DNA of 64,000 bases from Psammoneis japonica. Lineage: Eukaryota. This document shows positions 36,535 to 49,700 of the stretch, in pieces. Every line of letters starts with the position of its first letter. Position 1 is the first letter of the stretch. Under the pieces are notes generated by a model. That model was not told where the DNA came from. It searched no databases and worked only from the letters and a program-made list of their open reading frames with translations. Both the position numbers and the translations under genes were made by a program. The stretch spans positions 62,001 to 126,000 of the forward strand of contig QPGO01000169.1 in assembly GCA_008632985.1 (NCBI GenBank), given 5' to 3'.

Positions 36535-37963
36535 ATGGCGATGCCCCTTGTAAACACCGCCATGAGTGAGGACTCAGTCTCTGACAATCCTCAAGACAGT
36601 GCAAAAGATTGTGTTCTAGAGAGCGTCGGATGCTGTTTTGAAAAAGCCGCACGAGATGTCATAAAATCTAGGCTCAACACGGATGGCATTCTGTCGTGCT
36701 TTCAAGCCTTTTGTGAAACCCCGAAATTCATGGAAAGCGTCACCTGTCTTGGATTACAGAGCCCAACCTTTACTCCCAGTAAACTGGCTCGACCCGGAAA
36801 TTCGGCATTTGATAAGTTTGCCAATGCTTGTCGGGGTCTTGTTCCAACCAGCCGTCTTGGAATCGTGTTTCACGGGACGCGCAAGGAAAACATTCCTGAT
36901 ATTCTTAGAAACGGACTCGACCCTACCAAGAGATCTGGTCAGGCATATGGACCGGGTGAATACTTTTCCAAGGAACCTGGTGTCTCAGTCAGCTACTGTG
37001 GTGGAGGGCAGCATATGCTCGTCTTTGTCGTGGTGGTGCCTGTTCCTACTTATAATTGCCCACCGGACTATGTTGTGGTGAAAAACAATGATCACCAAGT
37101 TCCTTTGGGAGTCCTTTCGTTCAAGGGCGTTGATCATAATATAATGGAGGAGTCTCAAATGATGAAGGCCCATCTGAAATATCTAACTATGGAGGTTTTC
37201 AGGAAATCTCAAGAAGCGGAAGAGGCCACGGCAAAGGCGACGATTATTCAGTTGCTATTCAAGCAACGGATCGATATTGCATCCGAAAAGTACCAAAAAG
37301 AAATGAATCGTCTGACTGACATTTCAAAGCGCGAAATATCCATGTATGTTCATAATTTCCTCGACGAGGATGTGGTCGACTACTACTTTCCTGAGTTGCC
37401 AGAGCCAATGCTAGCGAAGGAACGTGACTCTGCTCCAATCAAGAGCGTCGATGAAACGCAAGAGGAGGTTTCAAAAGCAAAATATGAGCTTGCAAAAGAG
37501 AACTCAAATGTTGCGAATCTTTTGAAGGATTCTGCATCCAAGAAGCGTGCAATCGAAAACTCTGCTGTCGAAGCCAACAGGCCTGCCCCTGGTTTTCAGC
37601 CCGGAGCGCTCCCCATGTTTAGGAGTTCTTCCCCGTTTTGGACCCCAAACGTATCGTCCGGTACCAGTCATGTTTCACCAATCAATTTGCTTCCTTTTTC
37701 TACCGAAGACGTGTGTACTTGTTCTTTTTGTTTGTTGCTTGTGTTGCGCATTTGCATCAAAACTAACGGTGATTATTGTTGCCTTCTTTTTATAGGACCT
37801 TACTCTATGGAACGGGTCTGAAGCTTTTGGAGACCGGTGGGATATGATCAGCAACATTTACTTTGGTGACTTGCAGTCGGCTCATTCGCTCAAGACTCGT
37901 TGGAACAGTCCCGAGTTCAAGAGGTTCATTACTAATCGATTCGGTTCAAAAGCGTTCGAATGA
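36535..37963 (+). CDS. PARP-like ADP-ribosyltransferase domain protein with a C-terminal Myb/SANT-like repeat; exons 36535-37710, 37796-37963 (447 aa)
   Basis: FHGT...ILRNGL...GQAYGPGEYFS...SVSYC is the PARP-catalytic signature. Splicing intron 37711-37795 gives FSTEDDLTLWNG...GDRWDMIS...SLKTRW. Confidence 0.8.
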
Positions 37964-38234
37964 AAACTCACGTATGAAGCTGTTTCTATAGGTTTTGAAA
38001 CAGACCTGGCTGTCGTGAAAATAGAATGCCGACATCGCGTTTTGTCGCCGGGTAGTCGTGGTACTAATGAAGACTAGACTCTAGCGTTGTACTGTTGGAG
38101 GAAGGAGTGAGTAGATCTTTGGCAGTATTACCTGTAGCAAAAATATTAGAGAAGTCTGCCTGTGTTCCAACACTCTACACTACCGGTAGGCCCACTGACG
38201 GACTTCAGTCATTTAGCCGCCGCGCTCTACTGTA

Positions 38235-41200
38235 CATTTTGTTTCTGCTGCTGGATGAACTTCCAGTCTGTGACATGTTGGTCGTTAAATGTCGTGTCTC
38301 TGTTGAAGACCAGTTGTCCTGGTGTGGCTTGCACAGTGGTGTGATGCGCTGAGCGCACTGCAAATGCTGCTGCTGACAACGTTGCAGCAAAGGAATCCTC
38401 AGTGTCCAGAGGTGCATGTTGCATTCAAATGTGAGGATCATGTCACCCAGTGCTTGATGTGCATGTTCAATGATTGCATTTGCTTGTGGATTTTGTGCAT
38501 CTTGTGCAGCTGTGGGCTTGACTTTGGTGCCACAGTCCTCTTCAACCATGTGTTCAAACTGGTGTCCAATGAACTCACTTCCACGGTCACAAGCAATCAA
38601 CGATGGCCAAGGACATCTGCTCAACCATGTGCATTCCAATGATCCAGCAATGGCTGTGGATTCCTCATTTGGAATTTCTGCCATCTCAAACCATCCTGTT
38701 GCTGGATCAATCATTGTCAAACATTTTGGGACTGGGGGTTTCTTCTTCCTGCCCTTGCAACGCATTTTGCATGGTCCAATGAGATCCACACATGGTTGTT
38801 CCCATGGCAGAGTTTCCACGCATTTGGGAGGCAAATGTCCATGTTTCTTTTTGTTTCTTCTTGAAGTTTTGGCATGTCTCACACTTTGACACGAATTTTC
38901 GGATGTCTTCGTGCATGGTGGACCACCACAGGTGTGTTGTGAGATTGTTTCTTCAGCTCCACCCATGCCTGGGTGCAGAAGATGTGCATGGCACCAATCC
39001 ATCACCGCTTTTTGCATTGTCTTTGGAACAATGATTTTGTCCTTTTGACACACGAGCAACCGGTCTTGCTCACCTCCATGAAAAACCTTCATGTGAAATG
39101 TCTTGTTTGACAATTTGGAGAGAATGTCTTCACCCTGCTGTTGTTCAGCATCAAGAACTTTGCATGTTGATGGAAAGACAGTGTTGCAGGATTCAGGAGT
39201 GACCTTTTCAGCCAAATCTTCAGTGCTGAAGTTTTCCACAGGTGGCATTTCTCTTTCACAGTGAGTCGGCCAATTGCGTCTGCAACAACATTCGCCTTGC
39301 CCTTGAGGCAAACCATTTCCGGACTGCACTCTTCTGTTGTCAGTCGTCAATGCATGACTCTAGATTCTTGTGATCCGCGTGCACCCCAATCTGTTGGCCA
39401 AACAGGATGTTCCGGAATTCTTTGAGTGTCCCAACTGTGGACAAGAGTTCATTTTTTGTTGCAGTGTGGTGTGTCTGCACTGGATTTAACTTGCAACTGT
39501 GGAAGTGTGGAAGGCAACAGGTTGGTTGTTCTGAGTTGTGACCACCACCCCCAATTGAGCATTTCTTGCATCAGCGTGTGTCTCAAAGGGTTTGTTGAAA
39601 TTCAGGTGTGATGGTGCTGGCATGTCTTTTGACACAGTTCACTTCACATTTTTGAAGGCTTTTTGTTCTGTGCTCCTCCATTGCCATTTGACTTTAGATG
39701 AAGTGATTTTGGCTAAAGGAGCGAGTGCATGAGACCATCTGGCCACATGTCTTGACAACAGTTCATGATGCCAATGAACCGACACAATTCCTTGCAAGTG
39801 GCAGGAGTTGCGATGGAGTGAATCATCTCCACTTTCTTGGGCGGCATCGGTTGAGTGCCATTTTACATGACATGAAAGCCCAAGCAGTCAACTTCTGGCT
39901 GTGTGAAGAAGGATTTCTCAGCACTGACCTTGAGACCGGCTTGTTCAAGCTGTGTGAATGTTGTCTCAAGCTTCACAAGATGATCTTGGAAGCCACCTTT
40001 TGCAAGACATGGGACATCGTCAACACAAATCCTGACAAACTCTAGACCTGCCATCAGTTCACTCATGTGCTCCTGAAAAATGTCTGGAGCTCCACAAATT
40101 CCCACAGGCAATCTGCAGCACTCACATTTGCCCCACAGCATGACAATGGTGCACAAACGCCATGCAAACTGTGTCAATTTGACATGGCAGCATCCCATGT
40201 TCAAATTGAGCAAGGGCACATGCATGAAACCTTCCAGTTTCTGAAGCATGTCCTGAACATTCAGTGGAGGATGCGGAGTGCATGCTGGCCTCTCACTCAG
40301 TTCACGAAAGTTGGACAGAAACCAAACTCGACCATTTTTCTTGGGTTGAATGAAGGTTGGAGCTGCCCATTCAGAATGGTTTGTTTTTTTAGGACCTTTG
40401 GCTTGCAGAGCCTCTCAACCTCCTTGTGAGTGGTGGCCTCCAAGGCTTGTGGAACAGGAAACGGCTTCGCGTGATGTGGTTTTGCGCCAGATTTCACTGC
40501 AAGATCAACCGGTTTTCCGGTCCACTTGCCTGGAGAACCATCAAAAAGGGGCTCAAATCTTTTCAAAAGGAAGTTCAATTGCTTCTGCTCCTCTGAGTCA
40601 GATGAATTGCCACAGCTGTACATCGTTGAGATCAGCAGTGTGACAGTCACTGTCAAGGATTTTGTTGATCCTGTCATCATTGAGACTTTTCACGGCACAA
40701 GATTCTTCAATTTGATTGGCTGTCAGTGCAAACACTTGGCATCCTGAAGAGTGTCTGCATTCTTCACAGGTGTGGCAGCATCTTCCCATTTGATTTTTCT
40801 TCATTTGCAAAGTCTGGGACAATTCCAAGACTGAACATTGAGTCATGTCCCATGATCATGTCACAGCAACATGAAGAAGCAGTGCTGTCATCCACATGCA
40901 CTGTGGTTTCAATTTTCTCATGCTCATCAAATTTGGGTGAAGAGAACTGCGTTGAACAGCAGCTGTCAGTCGTGAAGAATCCACCCTCAGTTTCCCAAGA
41001 TTTGGTGGCAGATTTCTTCATTCTCAGTTTCCGCATGAATTTGCACAAAATCATGGTTGATGATGTTCTGCCATCAAGTGGAACACGCAAAGGCTTGTTT
41101 TTCTCTTTTCCCAGAGAAGCGTTCATGCAAGCGATGACCACTGGACCAGCGTGCATTGCTTTTGCCATTTTTCTGGGCTTCCTGATGTCCAGCAATGTGC

Positions 41201-42560
41201 AAGACTCCTCTGTGCGCGACAGTCACTCATCAGATTTGCTGTGAGTCAATTTTTTGAATTGACAATTCTCCTCACTGAGAGTGTCAGAGCCACACTCTTT
41301 GCTCTTGCACTTTGCACCCTTCTTGGACAAACTGCCTTGAGTGTTTTTTGAACCGCCTGAGTGATCATGGCATTCAATTCTTCCTCTCAGGAATGGCATT
41401 TTTTGCATTGCAACACAACCATGTGCAATTGCCATTCGTGCGACGCCTTTTGGGTCTTGCTGGAAATTCTCCTTGCATTCCCTTGCCAGTCTCTTGACTG
41501 TCCAGCACTTGTCCATGTTGTGAGTGGGCTTTTTGCAGTGAGTGTGCCACTCGTTGGACTCAGAACATTTGGCACCAGTTTGGTGACCAGTTTTGGAACC
41601 ACAATCGATTCCTTGTTTGGACTGCAAACCAGACTTGCTGCTGGTGTCCCCTTTGGCATGAGTGGCATCAAAGACATCTTCAGCAACCTCCAGGTGTTCC
41701 AAAAACTCAACCAACTCATCAAAGGCACGCATCAAAATTTCGAAACCTTGAGCGGTCAACTGACGGTGCCACCTGCAAGGTGCGAGATTGTGGAGGATGT
41801 CCTTGAGCTTGTCCTCCTTGATCTTCTGATTCTCATCAAATGGAGGACAACACTTGAGGTCTTTGTTGACTTCCTGGACCCAAGCAGCAATTTCTTGGAT
41901 CTTCGTGCTCTCTGGCTTCTTGAGATTGCAATGCAAATGATGTTTCTGAATCGAAAGTGCATTCTTCGGAAAGACATGACTTGCAAGGTGCTTCTGACAT
42001 TTTTTGAAGGCTCCTTCAGCTGACTCATTTTCAAGACTCGCAGCTGCATTCTTGAAAGCATGCAGAGCATCTCCCTGCAACAGCACATGCATGAGACGGA
42101 ACTCATTGGCTTGCTTCTTGACATTCTGGCCCACCAAGAGTTGTTCGTAGCTCTTGAGGAACTCAAGGTGCTTGGGAACACCCTGCTTCTTCTGGCACTC
42201 AATGTTGATGGTGTGGGTGCGACTGTCCTTCTTCTCCGGATGAACACACTGCTCCATCTTGAGGCACTGGCTTGGTTTGAGCATCTTTGGCTCAGAGATC
42301 AATTCCAATGGCACTGGAACAATTTTCTCCCGCTTGAGAGAAGACTTGGCATTGGCAGCATGAGGTGAAACCTTCATTTTCGACTTGTTGCCTTCTGCGG
42401 TGTGTGTGCCACAATGCACTGTGCTCAAAGAAGAACGAGCACAAATGAAAGCAGAACAAAGTGTGAAAAGTGAAAATTGTGAGGTTGGATTTTGCTCAAT
42501 CATTTTGGGTTTCTCCAAATGAGCTCTCAAAGGCCCAGAGCTTCTGTGCTGCTCCCACAC
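38235..42560 (-). mobile_element. Ty3/gypsy-type LTR retrotransposon internal region (gag-PR-RT-RH-IN), hypermutated and 3'-truncated; LTRs not identified
   Basis: Order on the minus strand: gag (41223-42560); protease-like LRVPLDG..., DMIMG (40764-41195); RT HAKPFPVP, RLPVGICGAPDIFQ, CVDD; RNase H remnant (~39400-39600); integrase HLLHPG, CVDLIGP, MIDPATGWFE, DRGSEF, NPQANAIIE. Confidence 0.92.
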
Positions 42561-44830
42561 ACAAAAGGCCTTTCAGACAACACAATCATGACAACAGATT
42601 GTCCGGATGTGATTGCTCTTGACACATGAGATGTCAACATTGTCAAGCAATTGTGTTTGCAATTTTCAACATCCAATCAACTCTGTGTGATTGATCTGTC
42701 CATTGTACAAACCCATGATTGACACGCGATTGAATGTAAAATGACATTTGAGCATGCACATGTGCATGTAAAATGTGCATGACAGTGCATGCTGCACACT
42801 GGCTGGTGTCTTTTTTGCATCTTTGTCTTTGTTGTTTCATTCACAGTGGTGCCCACCAGTTTCCCGTTGGATCAATGTGAAGCCCCCAAAGGGATTGTGC
42901 TCCCAGTCTTTCAGCTCTTCAGCTTTCTTCTTGTGGGAATTTGCCGCTGTCTCCAACTCAGGATCCAGCGGTGAGTTGCAGCTTGCACTCACCAGGTTGA
43001 CTGACAGCGAATTGCAACTTTTCATTGGTGGCATGACGTGTCCTCATCCTCTGGCATGATGTGTCCTCATCCTCACTGGGATGACACATGATGGGTTGTG
43101 ATGCTGGCAAAACTGGGTGAATCAAACATCTGAGAACATTCAAATTTGCAAGTTTTTTGCAGTGTGGGCACCAATCCATTGATTCTGTGAGGTTTGCCAC
43201 AAAAAGACATCAGTGCATCTGTGCTGCTGAACAGAACATCAATCAATTGGTTCTGCAGAATGTTGCACCATGGTGCAAGATGCAATGACTGCAGCACAGA
43301 AGCAGTGACAGCGGACCACAATGCCAAGCCCCTTCTGGGTGCAAAAATCCCAGATTTCTTAAATTGCAGAAATGACCACAACATTGATTGCAAATGATCA
43401 CCAGATCTGAGAAATGATCATCACAGTTTGTGGTTGCCATGCATGGTCAATCTGATTGCGCATGCCGCTGTCACAATCACAGCTGCACAGTCGTTCACAA
43501 TCATTGTGCTGGCTCTTTTTGAGAGCCAAATGTGAGAATTTGGAATGTGGAATCTTGCATCATGTGCAAGCACGTCACATTTTTCAGAGGCACAACACCA
43601 CCGCCCCTCTTTTTGGATGCCACACAGTCTCTGGCTGCTCCAGTGTCTCATTTCTACATTGCACCTCTCAAGAAAAGAGAAACAAGAGAGACAGAAAGAA
43701 GCAATTGCCACCCCTCATTTTGCCTCTCTTTGCCACAACTGCATCTTGGGACAAGGTGATGGTGGAGAAGAAACGTCTGCAGCATGATTGAAGGCACTGC
43801 CAGTTTTCCGCACATGTTTCCAGCATTGTCTTAGACACTGTCTTTGAGGTCACCATCAAGGTTCAAATTGATGCCAGAAATTCACCCAGATCATGCACTG
43901 CAGGTTCCATTTTTCTGCACCTCTGCCGGGGAGGCAGTGTTGTGACATGATCACATGTGATTGCAAAATCAGTGCCATTGCATCTTTTCACAATGGCACA
44001 CTTGCACTTTCTTCATGATGCAACATTTTGTTGTGAGCTGATTGTGACAGAAAATTCTGAAATTTAAGAACCCTGAAAAATCCTCCAGTTCCATGAAAAA
44101 ATCATGGGATGGGGGCAGCTCATTAAAAACCACCCAACTGTGTGCCATGTTGTGTTTGCTCCAGTGTGCATCATCCATGCACCATCTGCATTACACTTGC
44201 TCTGAGGTGTTGTGAAAATGTGTGGGGAAGTTCTTTTTCTCAATTCCACTGAGGAAAATTGGGGTTCCCTGCCAGGGGTCGCAAATGAGATGTTGGAACG
44301 GTGGTCAAGCAGCAACCCGCTCCCTCATGGGACCCCCAGCTGTGAATAACTCCCCCACCCACAGGTCTTCAAACGGAGCCATGAAGGCCGTCTGGAGACT
44401 GCTGGGGCAATTGAGCAAAGAAATTGCCCCGCAGCGTTCCCGCAGCAGGCCCGGCTTGAATGGTGGGAGAGAATTAAAACAGTCGCAGAGCAGTTTGTAA
44501 GAGTCCAGCGAGTGCTTTGATCAAATTGAGAGCTTGGCAAAGAGTTGCCCAGCTCATGGTCTGCCGGAAGATTGGTCTGCGGGAGAGGAACAACATGGAT
44601 GTTCCTTGGAGTGGCAGCTGTCAGATGTCCTCTGCCATTGAGCCTGTTAGAAAGTCATTTAAGCTTCCCATGCTGGATGAAACTAAAAACCTTGATTTTC
44701 TAGTGTTCATCATCTGATGGTGTGATGATTTCACACTTGTCTGGCAAGGGTGAAGGCGTCCGAAAGAGGAGACCATCTTCCTCCTCCCGGACCTGCCACT
44801 CCATTCCAAACTCATTTTCAGAATCAAAGA
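38250..44830. other. TpA/CpG-depleted hypermutated domain
   Basis: TA is nearly absent from the gypsy 3' end to ~44830, where TA-rich sequence resumes abruptly. Confidence 0.85.
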
Positions 44831-44905
44831 CAGTTACACCATCATGAAGATATGTTGTAATCTTGTGAACAGTGCGTCTATTATGATATTATGTAAATAG
44901 ACATC

Positions 44906-46737
44906 TCACGCATCATTGGCTAACTTTCTGACAGAGTAGTCCTTCCCTCCGTTGTACATGACAAGAACAAATCCAGCCACCCACTTTCGTGGATCGGTCT
45001 TGAATTTATGTTCCTCGACGTATTTCCTTAATTGAGCATGATACGCGTTCCATTCAGTGTCTGTAGGCCCCGTGGCGTTGTCCTTCTTTTTGAGCTCTAG
45101 TACTAGCGTGCATCTCTCCGTCGTAATTGTAACATCACTCCTTCCGGTGTCGAGCTTACCCTCCTGAGTCGTTACAACATCTGAGGGAATCATTTCGAAT
45201 TCTTCATGCAGGGATGCCACGATATTTCCTTGTAACTGAAGCTCCAGTATCCTGTTGCTTTGTCCGGACGCTGCCCAAGCAATCAACGCAGCCATCCGAC
45301 TCTCTGAAAGGGCATGCAAGAACTCGAGGAGGATGTGTTCCCCTTTTTTGTACACGTCTTTCTTCGTTTTCAGCTCAAGAATATCAGCAATAGAGCTCGC
45401 AAGTGCAAGGTTTAAAGCATCCAAGTGCTTCTTCCTGTAGAATTCGCTCGTTGATTTGAATTCTGTTTCATTGTTTTGGTGACTGTGGCCGATACAACTC
45501 CTAGATGAAAAGAAAGGTGAGGTACTGGTTCGCGTCCAGCTTCCCTTTCTCCAAAAAAGTTGTGATTGACATATCTTGGCTGATTGAAAATCCAGTCAAC
45601 TTTTTACCGTCGACAAGCTGGCTGACTAGGGCACGGATCTGACTTGTTTTAGACTTCTTGATAAGATCGAACGCGCTATGGGGTATCTCTCGGCTTTCGT
45701 GATAGTGGAGAGGTTTGCAAGCCACACATTCCGGTCTGAAGTCTCTTGAAGTTCAGCCATAGCTTGGTTCATCATGCCAGTATGGTAGAGCGGACTTCCA
45801 TGTGGGAATCCCAGGTTGTTGAAGTTCATTTTCAGAGCATCAAGCACTCGACGTTGCTCGGCGTCATCAAAAGATTCACCCGGGATTGCTGCTTGCAGCA
45901 TATTAGTTACGTCGCTTTGACGCAATCCAACAGCATCCGCCATGTCTGTCTTAAACGATAAATCGACATATCTGAAACCAGAGATAAGAGTGAGGCCGAC
46001 GGGGGTTATTCCAGCGACCCACGCGTTGACCGTCACTTCGTTGTCGCTTGAACTCTTGCAATTGTCGAAGAGGTTGACGTATTGAGCGTAACAAGCCTTC
46101 ATTCTTCCCCTGACATTGGGAATTTGCGTACCAATGAAATCAATCAAGACGTCGCGGATTGGTTTGTCGTACTCGTCGATGAGTAGGAGGAGAGTGGGCT
46201 GGGACTTGGGCTTGTCATCGCCACATGCATTATTCTCATGCACGCGTGCAATCAACTTGAGAGTTCGCTGATCATTTCTCCTGCATCCATTTCGTTCATT
46301 GAACGCACCAAACTCGTCTCAAATTGTTCTTTTATCGTCGCGTGCTTTGACAGGAACCTCGAGACGCAACGCTGGACGGCGTTGCGAGTTTTTTTATCGA
46401 TTTCTTGCGCCTTCTCTTCCCACCCTGCGTCGGCGTCGCCGGTAAATCCAACACCTCCAAAGTTAATGGAAATAACATACCAGGAATTCTTAATCTGGTG
46501 GATACGATTCTAGCCCGTAGGAGCTGTGTGTTTGTCGCTGAGGAGGAGCTCTGCTAGTGACCACAGCGTGGTCTTGCCCAATTGGGGCGGGCGGGTAAAG
46601 AGCATGTTTCTGTATTTCTTGGCACACTCCGTAACAAAGTTACTGTTGTCTCTGAAAATCGTGCGGTCGACGTCGTACACGGCCTTTCCCAAATCTTGAT
46701 ACTGGGGAAATTTGCGCTTCTTTGGCAGCAGAGACAT
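44906..46737 (-). pseudogene. AAA-ATPase-like + PD-(D/E)XK nuclease gene, split by several 1-bp frameshifts (pseudogene or assembly indels)
   Basis: TRPPQLGKT (Walker A-like), LLIDEYDKP (Walker B), GITP, and C-terminal GRSDV...VLELKK. The pieces lie in different frames without intron-sized gaps. Confidence 0.8.
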
Positions 46738-49700
46738 GATGTCTTTATTTATTCAATATCTGTTGTCGTCCTCGCTTTTGCGACTTCGCTGTTGCGCTAT
46801 TTTGTTGGCTACACCTCCACATTATCGTTTAGGCTTGGCGCAGAACCCGCAGGGCGCCAGTCCCTTTTTTATTTTTTTTTATAAGGAAATTATGCATTCG
46901 ACCAAGAAATTACTTTTTTCATACGGAAAACTAGGTCTCCAAGAACGATTCTGTTGAGTTTGTCATGTGGATGATCTCTTCCAACTTTGAAAATTCAACT
47001 TCTTTAAACTGTGAAGGATGTGCAAAATGGGCAAACAACATGTCCCTGTGCTCCCTCAGCATTCCGTGTTGAACCGGACTCTCTGCATCTTCTTGTGGAC
47101 TTTGTGGTGCAATTTTTGTTCTGGGCAAAAAAGGAGGATGGGGTTTGCCATCTTGCAATTCAGGTTGCAAGCACAATGGAGGATTCACGTGGAACTTGTC
47201 TTGCTCAAGAGGGATGTCTTGCTTGTTCATGAGAGCAATTGCAAGATGGATCTAAAGGCATGCCTCATTCTTGACTTTTTTGATTTGCTTTTTGACACCT
47301 GCTTCCAAGTGAAAGCACTCCATGACCTCCCCCCCATCATTTGACAGTTGCAGGTTGGACGAGCTGTGGTTGTTTGCAAACCACAACTTAGATTCTTCCC
47401 CAACCACACTCTTGTCCCACCCACAGCACTTCTGCAGTTTAGGATGTGATGTGGTGGCAAGCTCAACCATGTCATGAAAAAACCTTGTCAATGTGAAAGT
47501 TTCTGTTTTGTCGTCATCGTCATTGCAGTCTGAGTGCGAGAGCTGAGACATGTTGCCCTCAGTGCTCTGCATGACAAAAGAGAACAGGTGGCAGGCATGA
47601 GCATGCAGACAATGTGTTTCAAGTGTGGAGAGATCTTGGTTTGCACTCACCAATCCATTTGGCTTGAAACATGAAAGATTGCACTCCATGCCACAAATCG
47701 AAGTTGTCTTTGAGGTCACCTGAGCAGAGACATTCAGGTTTTTCTGAGCAGGCTCCAAGAAAGATGTCAGAAGCTTCAGTGGCATCTCTGGTGCTTTTAG
47801 AACTTCCAACAGACTAGAGTCCACAGTCAAGCCAGATGCATTGGAACCCTCAGCTGCAATGGCCTCCACTGCCACAGCAACAATGTCGATTTTGCAACGA
47901 GGCAGTCCATCCAGCTCCTCATGACACTCTTTGGCTGCCATTTGGATTTTCTCAAACCACTTTTCATGTGAATCAACAACCTCTGCCTTCATCATCACTT
48001 GGTTGGAATTGGTCTTTCTCTTGGTGCATCTCATGAGCATGAAAGCACCGCCAGGAAGCTCGTTGCAAGCAGAGCAACCATTGGCTTCAATGTGCACAGT
48101 GATGAAAGGCACCATTTCCTTGGCAAATGAAGCAGTTGTGTCAAACAGATGACTCGGCTTCAAAGTTTCAAACTTGAATTTGGAGAGTTTTGGCTTTGGT
48201 TCTTTGGATGGTCCTTTTTTGCTTGGAACAAACATGGTTTTGTCAAAGTGAATGATGAGTTTTGCAGGTTGTGGCCCCTTGGTTTCTTGCGGGCTTTCTG
48301 AGTCCTCTTCAGAATCAGACAAGTCCAAATTGGTGGCACCGCCTTTGCACTTTGACCAGATGCATGACCATTGTGTTCTGGTTGGTTGGTTGCAGGCCGC
48401 TTGGCAGCAGAGCAGTGGTGCCTTGCCATGGTTGACAGCGGCATGTTTTGGTCCCCCATTGTAAATTCCAGCACTTGTTTTGTGTGCAATTCCATGAGGC
48501 TTTTGAGGGGAACCTGGAAAGGTGTTGTCAAGAAAAAAAAAAGAGAAACCTCTCTCTCTTGAACCCTGTGACATTTCCGCTGCAAACAACAACAGCACAC
48601 TCTGTGACTGTGCACAGACATTTTTGCAAATTGTTGCCAAAATCGTGCATGTGTGTGCATGGCATGCCATGCACAACTCAATTTTTTGGTGCCTTTTGGT
48701 CATCCTGTCAATCAACCACTTTGAAGCATCTGGAAAGAGCTCATTGTGTCAAACATGTCAGATGCCTTTGATGCTCTTGTTGACCCACTTGAAGCAGTTG
48801 ATGTGGTGCACATGCAATGAGATTCAGCAATTCATGCAGAAATCATGCAGAAAAATGCTTGTGCAACACAAAAGCTGCACACTGGCTGGCCTCACCAACA
48901 AGTGACAGACTGCACTTCCAAGGTCACTGGAACAAGAAAGCTGCCATGTCAAAGGCTGTCCATTGAACATGCCAACAAGCATTGAGTCACTGTCAATGAA
49001 TGCCATGCATGTCATGTTGAATCAAGGTGCTTGAAACTTGACACCAAAATTGACCAACTTCTGTGGCATTGAACAGCTGTGCAAGTGCTGCAGCGGAAGC
49101 TGTCCTTTTCAGCCTGTTGTTGCTGTCAAGTGCACTGAAAGGTTTGGCATGTCTGCAGAAATGTGATGTCTTGGGGAATTTTCATGACACCTCTGAAACA
49201 TTGTGCACAGCATGCTGTGCACACAGTGTGAGGAGTGGGGACAAGCATGAGGTCAACCAGGCAGAGCTCCATGTCAGAATCACATGCATGCATCCGGGTG
49301 ACATTCTCAGGATCACCCCAAGACTCCACATGTGACTCAATTGAGATGGACACAATGCAACAACCACGCAGCTCCCTTGCCACACTGTCAAGCACCGCAG
49401 TTTGCACATGTCTGCACCTCCCAGAAGTTGGGAGGAACCTGGGTTCTTGGAGGGACAGGCAGGTTGGGCAGTCTGCTGGACTGCCCACCATCACATTCTC
49501 TCACCCACCTGGCTTTTCCCAGCTGGTCTGACACTGACATGGGAGCTTGTGCAGTGGGCGCAACCTCTCTCAACACATGCACTTGATTGTTCAACTGCTG
49601 CCGCCACCATGCCATTGTTGTTGCTGTCATTGATTTGCACATCGACATTTTTGTTGCTCCTCCAGCCAAACAAATTTTGATGATCCTCTTCTGCATCCTT

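Noticed and set aside
38235..42560. Alternative genetic code or RNA-editing-restored genes in the Tyr-free regions
   Set aside because: Changes go both TA->TG and TA->CA, hit splice donors and non-coding DNA, and coexist with frameshifts. Neighbouring genes use the standard code with normal Tyr.
42560..44830. 5' LTR and primer-binding site of the gypsy element
   Set aside because: No matching second LTR is visible because the 3' end is truncated, and the sequence is too decayed to call.
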